In this document: positions 51,501 to 57,360 of the stretch, piece after piece
Position numbering within the stretch: the first letter of the stretch is position 1
Layout of the letters: the number at the start of each line of letters is the position of its first letter
NCBI GenBank assembly: GCA_964252035.1
Contig: OZ176203.1
Source of the DNA: Podarcis erhardii
Taxonomy: Eukaryota
Strand: one strand, 5' to 3'
DNA length: 64,000 nucleotides
The notes under the pieces: generated by a model
The model's input: only the letters and a program-made list of their open reading frames with translations
Told to the model about the DNA's origin: nothing
Database searches by the model: none
Translations under genes and position numbers: made by a program

Positions 51501-54500
51501 AGTAGGAACTCCAGAACAGCATGCTCCATCTCCACAGTTGGAGGCTGTATGCTTCTGAATACCAGTTGCTGGAAATTGCAAGATGGGAGAGTGCTCTTTT
51601 GCTTCTTACAACTTTCCCATAGGCATTTACCTGGCCACTGTGAGAACAGGATGCTGGACTAGAGGAGCCATTCACCTGATCCATGAGGCTGTTCTTATGT
51701 GATATATTGAGGGCTTCAGGGAGGCATTGAACATCATATTGCTTCTGTTCATCCTGGATCCCAACTCTAAACCTTGAACAAGTTCAGAGCACTGCACTGT
51801 TGAGTGACTGGTTTTTTTGTATTTCAAATACAGAATTCAGACAGAGCTGCTCCTGCCAAGATAATTTTGATAGTCAAAATTCTAAGCTATTGTTTTCTTA
51901 CTAGGCTCGTGGGAAAAAACGACAGATAGGATGGTTTCCTGCTAACTATGTGAAACTCTTAAGTCCTGGTACTAGTAAAACTACACCAACCGAGCCATCT
52001 AAATCAGTAGTGTTACCTTCAGGTAAGTAATACTGTAGCATTTGATTACATGTTATTGCCTATGCTTTAGATCAGGAGGTTTCCAAACTTTCTATGTTCA
52101 GAGGACCTTTTTCGTATAAATTTAACGGTTGCATGAATCTCAGCTGTGAAACCCCCAAGGTAATGCTGAAGATTGCTGGACAGGCTTTGGGGACTCATTA
52201 TTGTTGGTTTACAAGCCCCCTCCAAAGAGGCTGGCCCCTCACACTGTCCTCGGAGCTTGTTTACCGGTAACCTCCTCTGGCTGACAATTCGCGTTCACCA
52301 TCCAGCTATAAATCAGCAGTCGCAGAGGTCCGTGGATCGTTGCTTATCAGCAAAAAAAGTCTCCCACCTGGTTCTACAGCCGTCTTTAGCAGTGCTGCAC
52401 AGTCTCAGCCATCCACCGTGCTACCACTTGTTGTAGCAACCATCGAGCTCTGCTACCACTTGTTGGTTTACAAGCCCCCTCCAGAGAGGCTGGCCCCTCA
52501 CACTGTCCTCGGAGCTTGTTTACCCCAGACAGACCAGGGAGATTTTGACAGGCGACATTTTCTCAGCGTGGGTAAATGCACACCCCCTCCTCCTGCTTCC
52601 CTAGCAGGGAAAAGGAGACAGTCAGAAACGTCTATTTACATTCTTTTATTTCTGACCTTTACAGCACTACAGAAAAACATGTCCGATCAATTCAGTTCTT
52701 CTAGCAAGTCTGACAAACTTCCTGTATATACGCAAACGGAAGGTTTCAAATTACACTCTTCACAGAGCTCTGAGAAGCCTGTGAACTTCCGGGGAAATTC
52801 TTTCCCATAGCTAGCCGCATCATGTGATGTCAACAAGCTAGCTGTCTGCAGCTGCGATGTTCTCATATACTGACATCTATCTCCCTGTGTGACTGGAGAG
52901 TGTACCCTAGAATATACCTAATGCTCCCCTGCAGCCTTACATTGCAGATTGAAATAGGTAGTTGTAGCCAAGCTGTCTTTCAGTTAAGCTTGTCCACCAT
53001 GCTTGACTTTTCTCATTAAGGAGCCCTTTATAAGCTTCTAAGCTATTTTATCAGTCCATCAAACATAGATTGAAAACCACTTAAATTGATGATGGTGATG
53101 AAATAATGTCCTACATCTCCTTCCTAACACCTACTTGCCTGGTGCTAGCTTTATAAAAGTTTGTACTTTTAAAATGGTGCTGTATTTTATTTTACTGCAC
53201 TGGGAGTTACCTCACTGTTTTAATCGCTATTTTAATTTGTGCATTATCTAATATCTATTAATTTTAATGGATTTATTGTATATTTTATAATTATTTGGTT
53301 TAAGTCATGTTGGAAACTGCCCTGTAAAAGTATTGTGATGGGTGATACATAAATACCCTAAATAAATATACAGTGGTGCCTCACAAGACAAAATTAATCC
53401 GTTCCGCGAGTCTCTTCGTCTTGCGGTTTTTTCGTCTTGCGAAGCACGGCTATTAGCGGATTAGCGCTATTAGCGGCTTAGCGGCTTAGAAAAAGGGGGG
53501 GGGGGGAGGAAAAAAACTCGCAAGAACTCGCAAGACATTTTGTCTTGCGAAGCAAGCCCATAGGGAAATTCGTCTTGCGAAGCACCTCAAAAGACGGAAA
53601 ACTCTTTCGTCTAGCGAGTTTTTCGTCTTGCGAGGCATTCGTCTTGCGGGGCACCACTGTACTATTCATTGCAGGGGGCAGAAGTTCATATGGCTTACAA
53701 TCTACTATTGTGTGTTATTTTCAGCCAAGCTAGTTGAAAGATGAGAAATATCCATCCAAATGGAAATAGTTTCTGTAATAATTTTGGGCTGTATATCCAG
53801 TTGTAATTCTTCATAAAGAATGATAGGTGAAACAGTGGGAGTAAGATGGTTCTTCAGTATAATAATTAGTGATTAAAAATAAATGTACATATGATGGTAA
53901 TTTTGGTGCAGATGTAGAATGTATCTTATCCACTGATCTAACACCATCATTTGCATGCTCTTGAAGAATTGTTAGATTCATTATCACAACTCACATCTAA
54001 AACAGGAGTATAGGTCAGAATCTTCTTTAAGTCAAGAGAACATATAAACAAAGCAGAGTGATTTTAAGTACATAGATATATATAGACTTTGTTTGATAGC
54101 ATTCTGTAGACCGGGGTAGTCAACCTTTTTATACTTACCGCCCACTAATGCATCTTTCTTGATGGTAGAATTTCCTTACCGCCCACCAGTGCTCGATGGA
54201 AGGAGGATTCAGCTTGTTACGTAGAACCCCCTACCGCCCACCTAGAATCCTGAAGCACCCACTAGTGGGTGGTAGGAACCAGGTTGACAACCCCTGCTGT
54301 AGACTATGGGTGGTATCCAGCTCCTTTGTCCTATCAGTGAAAGGATTTATTCTTATGCAACAACAGGACATCCCACCCTGTCCTCCACTGTGTGCACAGC
54401 ACTCTCTCCCCAAATCTGCTTCAGAGGGTTGGAGAAAGGAGAGGTTTAAGGGTGGAGGGGGGGGAGTCCTATTGTGCAAGTAGAAATCATTGTGCTAGCG

Positions 54501-55583
54501 GGATGCTTACTTAATTCTTCATGGAATACAAGCCCCTTTATCACAGCACTCTATGGAAACCATCAATTTGAATGTTTACCCCCTAATAGTATCTTAATGT
54601 ATTGATCCAGTTTGATGATGATTTCCTCTGGAATTTCTACATGTTGAAATATTCCCACACTCTGTTGTATTCTTTGACTGGTGAAGTCAGCCTGCTCATT
54701 ATGGTCATTTAAAGTTGCTGTGTTAGTCACATTGTAATACATCATTTCTCTGATCTTCAGAAGATCTGGTGATCTTCTGGCTAGTGTATTCATCACCACA
54801 TTTCCCCAATTTTGCTAAGCATTTCAAAAAAACTTGGGTTAACAATATCCCTATTTTTGGCCCCTAGTAAAATAGCAATTAGGTGAGATTGTCATAGTTT
54901 AGAACTGAGATGTGCTAGAGTGAGGTCAGTGGGTGCACTTATACCCCCTTTCGTGAGCTGAGAGGTGGAATTAACTTTTTAATTGGTGACCTGATAGCTT
55001 AGCTTCCTCTTTTAAAGCACAGAGCCAGTGTGGTGTAGTGGTTAAGAGTGGTGGACTCGTAATCTGGTGAACTGGGTTTGATTCCCTACTCCTCCACATG
55101 CAGCTGCTGGGTCACCTGGGGCTAGTCACACTTCTCTGAAGTCTCTCAGCCTCACTCACCTCACAGAGTGTTTCTTGTGGGAAAGGAAGGGAAAAGGAGA
55201 TTGTTAGCCGCTTTGAGACTCCTTAGGGTAGTGGTAAAGTGGAATATCAAATCCAAACTCTTCTTCTTCTTCTATGTAGTAACAATATAGTGACTTAAGT
55301 GGGGAGATGTTTTAGGAGCACTAGCATATTGTTTCAAAAATATGTAGACATGGATATTATCAGTTTCAAATGTTGTTTATTATCTTAACAGTGTGCCAAG
55401 TAATTGGTATGTATGACTACATTGCACAGAATGATGATGAATTAGCATTCAGCAAAGGCCAGATCATTAACGTCCTGAATAAGGAAGACCCAGACTGGTG
55501 GAAAGGAGAAGTGAATGGGCAAGTGGGTCTCTTCCCATCCAACTATGTGAAACTGACAACAGATATGGACCCAAGCCAGCAAT
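15640..55583 (+). CDS. ITSN1: Intersectin-1, multi-exon CDS (27 coding exons, 1209 codons: EH1, EH2, coiled coil, SH3A-E); the last codon T|GA (short) or T|GG (long) is completed by a downstream exon
   Basis: Joined exons read [10 protein letters not shown]...DMDPSQQ without stops. All junctions are GT-AG with matching phases, total 3628 nt. Domain order and peptide closely match vertebrate ITSN1 as I recall it. Confidence 0.98.
16653..16745 (+). CDS. ITSN1: ITSN1 exon 3 ([30 protein letters not shown]), EH1
   Basis: ttag|GC...CACTG|gtaat; 93 nt, phase 1-1. Confidence 0.96.
17450..17790 (-). mobile_element. CR1 LINE fragment
   Basis: ctagtccaaccctctgcaat..caggaat, gccatccaatctctgcttaaaaac; homologous to 31247-31450. 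Confidence 0.75.
19130..19193 (+). CDS. ITSN1: ITSN1 exon 4 ([21 protein letters not shown]), EH1
   Basis: ctttctgacag|GT...ATG|gtaagt; 64 nt. Confidence 0.96.
22096..22232. mobile_element. hAT-type MITE
   Basis: TIR caggcttcctcaac / gttgaggaagcctg; perfect 8-bp TSD GTTTAGGG at 22088-22095 and 22233-22240. Confidence 0.92.
22992..23152 (+). CDS. ITSN1: ITSN1 exon 5 ([23 protein letters not shown]...APGF), EH1 EF-hand
   Basis: tatgtag|G...TTTG|gtaagg; 161 nt; in frame with ORF 22948..23256. Confidence 0.97.
23299..23655 (+). mobile_element. Sauria SINE, full length
   Basis: Head gggacacggatggtgctgtgg, (ACCTTT)n tail, 14-bp TSD TACTAGAAGAGGAA at 23285-23298 and 23656-23669. Confidence 0.93.
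24429..24608 (+). CDS. ITSN1: ITSN1 exon 6 ([17 protein letters not shown]...AFGHP), proline-rich EH1-EH2 linker
   Basis: ctcttctag|GT...CCTG|gtaagc; 180 nt. Confidence 0.96.
24918..25011 (+). CDS. ITSN1: ITSN1 exon 7 ([30 protein letters not shown])
   Basis: atttcag|CC...TGG|gtaagt; 94 nt. Confidence 0.95.
25238..25338 (+). CDS. ITSN1: ITSN1 exon 8 ([33 protein letters not shown]), EH2 start
   Basis: actccag|T...ACAG|gtattc; 101 nt. Confidence 0.95.
25440..25620 (+). mobile_element. CR1-type LINE 3' end, degraded
   Basis: accagttgctgg ... ttggccactg ... agatgggcccttgatctgatt; similar to 7200-7503 and 51530-51700. Confidence 0.55.
25900..26120 (-). mobile_element. RTE-like LINE 3' fragment
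   Basis: gagtaagattgtcttccat...gtgactgtggaggccaattctggat... resembles squamate RTE 3' ends from memory. Confidence 0.5.
26179..26498. mobile_element. Tc2/pogo-like MITE, same family as 229-716, opposite orientation
   Basis: TA|ccgtatttttcgccccatagg ... cctataggacgaaaaataagg|TA. Confidence 0.88.
27575..27815. mobile_element. Tigger/pogo-like MITE with a distinct interior
   Basis: cagttgtaccttgga ... tcgaggtaccacag|TA; internal hairpin gcagcttccgattggctgcag / ctgcagccaatcggaagctgc. Confidence 0.8.
28297..28360 (+). CDS. ITSN1: ITSN1 exon 9 ([21 protein letters not shown]), EH2
   Basis: ctttag|GT...ATG|gtaaat; 64 nt, same size and phase as exon 4 of EH1. Confidence 0.96.
28631..28768 (+). CDS. 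ITSN1: ITSN1 exon 10 ([23 protein letters not shown]...IPPSF), EH2 EF-hand
   Basis: ttcaatag|G...TTTAG|gtaaaa; 138 nt. Confidence 0.97.
29686..29801 (+). CDS. ITSN1: ITSN1 exon 11 ([38 protein letters not shown])
   Basis: cttcctgacag|A...CCAG|gtgagt; 116 nt. Confidence 0.95.
30265..30366. repeat. (TATTG)n-(TG)n-(TATG)n compound microsatellite
   Basis: Seen directly, ending about 55 nt upstream of the exon 12 acceptor. Confidence 0.9.
30421..30683 (+). CDS. ITSN1: ITSN1 exon 12 ([21 protein letters not shown]...IERRE), KLERQ coiled coil
   Basis: tttcttaaag|TA...GAG|gtaaat; 263 nt. Confidence 0.97.
31247..32050 (-). mobile_element. CR1 LINE 3' portion (ORF2 C-terminus and 3'UTR)
   Basis: ORF 31443..31754 [38 protein letters not shown]...[10 protein letters not shown] is the classic CR1 ORF2 tail. 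Confidence 0.93.
32175..32345. mobile_element. hAT MITE, partial, same family as 54112-54296
   Basis: About 135 bp shared with 54160-54296, ending ggttgacaacccct. Confidence 0.8.
32802..32951 (+). CDS. ITSN1: ITSN1 exon 13 ([19 protein letters not shown]...FELEAL), coiled coil
   Basis: cttctatag|GCT...CTA|gtaagt; 150 nt. Confidence 0.96.
33160..33300 (+). CDS. ITSN1: ITSN1 exon 14 ([18 protein letters not shown]...LQQQLQ)
   Basis: ttgttgaag|AAT...CAA|gtgagt; 141 nt. Confidence 0.96.
33666..33847. mobile_element. Tigger/pogo-like MITE
   Basis: TA|cagtggtacctctgga ... tggaggtaccactg|TA. Confidence 0.87.
34553..34880. mobile_element. Tigger/pogo-like MITE, CAGTGGTGCC family
   Basis: TA|cagtggtgccccacaagacgaa ... 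cgtcttgcgaggcaccactg|TA; same family as 53371-53659, opposite orientation. Confidence 0.9.
34890..35090 (-). mobile_element. L2 LINE fragment
   Basis: Minus strand [13 protein letters not shown] (ORF 34779..34985). Confidence 0.7.
36025..36112 (+). CDS. ITSN1: ITSN1 exon 15 ([29 protein letters not shown])
   Basis: ttttgtag|GAG...CACA|gtaagt; 88 nt. Confidence 0.96.
36255..36394 (+). CDS. ITSN1: ITSN1 exon 16 ([19 protein letters not shown]...FNNQLK)
   Basis: aaacag|GA...AAG|gtaatc; 140 nt. Confidence 0.96.
36455..36602 (-). mobile_element. tRNA-derived SINE with CR1-type tail
   Basis: aggaagccgccttatactgagccagaccattgg tail; gggattgaaccc box B and actactgagc box A on the minus strand; related copy at 46215-46340. 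Confidence 0.7.
38380..39420 (-). mobile_element. Internally deleted L2 LINE interrupted by an LTR
   Basis: Minus strand [10 protein letters not shown]...[12 protein letters not shown] (APE endonuclease) at 39370-39260 and [13 protein letters not shown] (L2 C-terminus) near 38450-38410. Confidence 0.72.
38625..38881 (-). mobile_element. Solo-LTR-like element
   Basis: Minus strand TGTTAG...CCAACA with TATATAAA followed by AATAAA; no TSD found. Confidence 0.65.
39509..39552. repeat. (CA)11(GA)11 compound microsatellite
   Basis: Seen directly. Confidence 0.95.
39930..40051 (+). CDS. ITSN1: ITSN1 exon 17 ([40 protein letters not shown])
   Basis: ccttttgcag|GAG...CAGAG|gtaagt; 122 nt. Confidence 0.95.
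40500..40897 (+). mobile_element. L2 LINE 3' end
   Basis: tttagtgtggcatcgcctacattttggaac..cctattgagatcaagcagg ... tgtaaaccactttg ... aaataaataaa. Confidence 0.72.
40900..41200 (-). mobile_element. L2-type 3' tail, tail-to-tail with the previous element
   Basis: ttattatccaccatttaccataaggctcccaggg..ggttatagcaat. Confidence 0.5.
41244..41467 (+). CDS. ITSN1: ITSN1 exon 18 ([16 protein letters not shown]...[11 protein letters not shown])
   Basis: caattag|A...GCAG|gtacaa; 224 nt; phases fit both neighbours. Confidence 0.92.
41894..41980. mobile_element. Truncated CAGTCATACCTC-type MITE
   Basis: TA|cagtcatacctcatgttgcg...caccggaagt; homologous to the 45591 left end. Confidence 0.7.
42150..42480 (-). 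mobile_element. CR1-type LINE 3' fragment
   Basis: tagccatcatggctag..ccattgatag, ttttaaagccatccagg; reverse of the motifs in 7200-7503. Confidence 0.62.
42998..43119 (+). CDS. ITSN1: ITSN1 exon 19 ([40 protein letters not shown]), SH3A N-half
   Basis: catatag|AA...ATG|gtaaga; 122 nt; ALYPF SH3 motif. Confidence 0.96.
44046..44293 (+). CDS. ITSN1: ITSN1 exon 21 ([27 protein letters not shown]...NNWADFSS), SH3A C-half and linker
   Basis: tttgtacag|GTG...TCAAC|gtacgg; 248 nt; GWFPANY and WADF (AP2-appendage type motif). Confidence 0.97.
45214..45373 (+). CDS. ITSN1: ITSN1 exon 22 ([23 protein letters not shown]...PVLGQ), SH3A-B linker
   Basis: ttctttttcag|A...CAG|gtgcgt; 160 nt; acidic WDAW motif. 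Confidence 0.96.
45591..45828. mobile_element. Tigger/pogo-like MITE, CAGTCATACCTC family
   Basis: TA|cagtcatacctcgggttacgaac ... gttcgcaaccagaggtatgactg|TA. Confidence 0.92.
45860..46056. mobile_element. hAT-type MITE
   Basis: 16-bp perfect TIR cagagctttccaaact / agtttggaaagctctg; 8-bp TSD GTGTACCC / GTGTACAC (7 of 8). Confidence 0.9.
46215..46340 (+). mobile_element. tRNA-derived SINE remnant
   Basis: gtagttcagtgggagagcac head; cctgcctgaaatcctggaaagcca..ccagacagtgtaga body. Confidence 0.55.
46564..46769 (+). CDS. ITSN1: ITSN1 exon 23 ([15 protein letters not shown]...[19 protein letters not shown]), SH3B
   Basis: ctaaccag|GGT...CAAG|gtattt; 206 nt. Confidence 0.97.
47926..48005 (+). CDS. 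ITSN1: ITSN1 exon 24 ([26 protein letters not shown])
   Basis: tctttaag|C...GAAG|gtaaga; 80 nt. Confidence 0.94.
48342..48567. mobile_element. Tigger/pogo-like MITE, family A
   Basis: TA|cagtggtaccttgggtaac ... taacccgaggtagcactg. Confidence 0.88.
48676..48842 (+). CDS. ITSN1: ITSN1 exon 25 ([17 protein letters not shown]...[14 protein letters not shown]), SH3C
   Basis: ctccctccag|AA...GAG|gtaaaa; 167 nt. Confidence 0.97.
49565..49610 (+). CDS. ITSN1: ITSN1 exon 26 ([15 protein letters not shown])
   Basis: atttaaag|GTG...CCTG|gtaagc; 46 nt. Confidence 0.94.
50205..50326 (+). CDS. ITSN1: ITSN1 exon 27 ([40 protein letters not shown]), SH3D N-half
   Basis: ttaacag|AA...CAA|gttagt; 122 nt. 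Confidence 0.96.
51530..51700 (+). mobile_element. CR1-type LINE 3' end
   Basis: ggccactgtgagaacaggatgctggactag...cctgatccatgaggctgttcttatgt. Confidence 0.7.
51905..52022 (+). CDS. ITSN1: ITSN1 exon 28 ([22 protein letters not shown]...VVLPS), SH3D C-half
   Basis: cttactag|GCT...TCAG|gtaagt; 118 nt. Confidence 0.96.
52202..52941 (-). mobile_element. Collapsed LTR retrotransposon remnant (LTR, iMet PBS, leader, end of a second LTR)
   Basis: Minus-strand LTR ends CCAACA at 52461, then a 2-nt spacer and TGGTAGCAGAG (complement of the tRNA-iMet 3' end). The LTR has TATA-like and AATAAA motifs, and its last 64 bp repeat at 52202-52265. The LTR start is uncertain (52875 or 52941). Confidence 0.72.
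53120..53368 (+). mobile_element. L2 3' end
   Basis: ttttaatggatttattg...gttggaaactgccctg...gatgggtgatacataaatacc.aaataaata. Confidence 0.6.
53371..53659. mobile_element. Tigger/pogo-like MITE, CAGTGGTGCC family, inserted in the L2 tail
   Basis: TA|cagtggtgcctcacaagac ... gtcttgcggggcaccactg|TA. Confidence 0.9.
54112..54296. mobile_element. hAT (Charlie-like) MITE
   Basis: Termini cggggtagtcaacc / ggttgacaacccctg; 8-bp TSD CTGTAGAC at 54104-54111 and 54297-54304. Confidence 0.87.
55023..55272 (+). mobile_element. MIR-derived squamate SINE (Squam3-like) with (CTT)n tail
   Basis: Box A tggtgtagtgg, box B gggtttgattccc, CORE-like gtcacctggggctagtcac, about 250 bp, tail cttcttcttcttct; family name from memory. 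Confidence 0.8.
55392..55583 (+). CDS. ITSN1: ITSN1 exon 29 ([22 protein letters not shown]...[19 protein letters not shown]), SH3E
   Basis: cttaacag|TG...CAAT|gtaagt; 192 nt; ends with one T of the next codon. Confidence 0.97.
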
Positions 55584-55809
55584 GTAAGTGACTATTTTAT
55601 CTCAGTAGTTGCTTACATAGTATTTTTTTTAAAGAAACATGCAGCATTGCTGTGATTCTGCTGTGTTTTGCAGAAGCTTGGCCACTGCTATATATTTGCC
55701 TAACTCTCTTTGAAGACCTTCTATATTGCAAGCCTAAACTTGTGTTGGTTTTTAGTTCCATCCCCCTTGTAGCATGTTACCTTTATCATTTTTGCACCAT
55801 GCTGTTTAC

Positions 55810-56021
55810 NNNNNNNNNNNNNNNNNNNNNNNNNNNNNNNNNNNNNNNNNNNNNNNNNNNNNNNNNNNNNNNNNNNNNNNNNNNNNNNNNNNNNNNNNNN
55901 NNNNNNNNNNNNNNNNNNNNNNNNNNNNNNNNNNNNNNNNNNNNNNNNNNNNNNNNNNNNNNNNNNNNNNNNNNNNNNNNNNNNNNNNNNNNNNNNNNNN
56001 NNNNNNNNNNNNNNNNNNNNN
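55810..56021. other. Assembly gap, 212 N
   Basis: Run of N seen directly. Confidence 1.
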
Positions 56022-57360
56022 TCTGAGTAGAAGAACACACTGCAGAGCAGTTTACCTCATTTTACATTAGTTGCATGTAATCGCAATGTTTTTATTTAAT
56101 ATCTACAGATATAGATGCAAAATTACAAAAAGACAAAAAAACAACAACACAGGATAGTGGGTCCTTTTGTGGCTTTCATAGTTACCCACCTATTTCTCCA
56201 CCTTGGCACAGGTGCTTTCAGTAGTAGAACTATTTTTAAATGCCTATTTTAGCCTTTTAAAGAAAAACAAGCATTTTGTCATTGCAATTTTGTTATTGCA
56301 AAAAGACCCACTATCAAGGAATGCTGCATGTGCTATTAAAATTGTTCCAAATGTCCATAAATCTGAGACTTGTATTTTTGCTTTTTCACTTGTCCCAATG
56401 TTGTTGGTGTCTGTCTTTTTTTCCCTTTTTGTGTACTACTAAAACAGGATTTAGTCTGGTTTGGTTTAACGGAAATTAAAATGTGCTCAATTACAAGTTC
56501 AACTAAGGTATTTTGTTTCTTGTACTGTTACATGTTCTTGTAGTGAATGTTTGTGCGTGTAATTCATCATGGATAAGAAATTAATTTCCTTCCATGTGCA
56601 AGAAAGAATATACATGTATAATGCAGTTATTCCCATTATGTTATATTTTGCACTCTTATTTGTAACTACATATAGTAAGCACCTTTTTGTTCTGTGTCTC
56701 AGATTTTATTTTTTATTTTTTTGGCATTTTGGTATAAAATCAAAAGAGTACATTTATCTGTTTCTTCAGAATTAACATGACTTTTTTCAAGTTACGTTTT
56801 ATCATCACTGTTACGTTAATAACTATGGAACAGCATCCCTTGAGGAAGTAATTATCTTATCTTGACAAAAAGAATGTATAGAAATACCTTCCTGCAATTA
56901 ATTTCCAATGTTTACATTTTTTAAACTAGACTGTGGAATTTATACAAGTAACATTAAATGGAGCTTATAGTCAAATTTTATGTAGCTGTGCTGTACTCTT
57001 AAGCTATGTTTGTCTTTTAAATATTAGTTATGAGCTCTTTATTGCCTGGTGCGGCCAGCATATAGGAAGAAAAGCCCTATGCCTCAAGCACAATATAGCA
57101 ACTCTACTAATAACTTTAACATTTTTCTTTTTGTTTATGTATTTCTTCTATTTCTAAATTTCATGCTGGCGATGTAGAATTCCTTTTATCTTCATTCATG
57201 TGGTGCAAAGAACAAGTGAAGTTCCTTATTCAATTGCACTTCAGTATTTTAATTGATATGAATGTAAAATATATAAATATATGAAACCTGCAGCTTTAAC
57301 AACTGTAATACAGCCTTTACAATTAGCTACATGTATAGATAATTAAATTCTTCATATAAA
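56022..57360 (+). other. ITSN1: 3'UTR of the ITSN1 short-isoform terminal exon (its 5' part is in the gap)
   Basis: Repeat-free AT-rich block directly after SH3E. Blocks such as TCTGAGTAGAAGAAC..CTGCAGAGCAGTTTACCTCATTTTAC and AAAGACCCACTATCAAGGAATGCTGCATGTGCTATTAAA match my unverified recollection of the mammalian ITSN1-S 3'UTR. Confidence 0.8.
57342..57347 (+). terminator. Candidate polyadenylation signal ATTAAA of the short isoform
   Basis: ATTAAA at the end of the UTR-like block, followed by T/GT-rich sequence (tgtctctgttttattgtt). Confidence 0.6.

Noticed and set aside
52438-52458. tRNA-iMet 3' end with CCA
   Set aside because: Only the last 18 nt, adjacent to an LTR end; a primer-binding site, not an RNA gene.
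52202-52524. Repeat-spacer-repeat pattern suggestive of CRISPR (also 326-379)
   Set aside because: Vertebrate intron, only two repeats or no spacers, and explained by transposon structure.
55652-56070. ORFs containing X runs
   Set aside because: Artefacts of translating the N gap.
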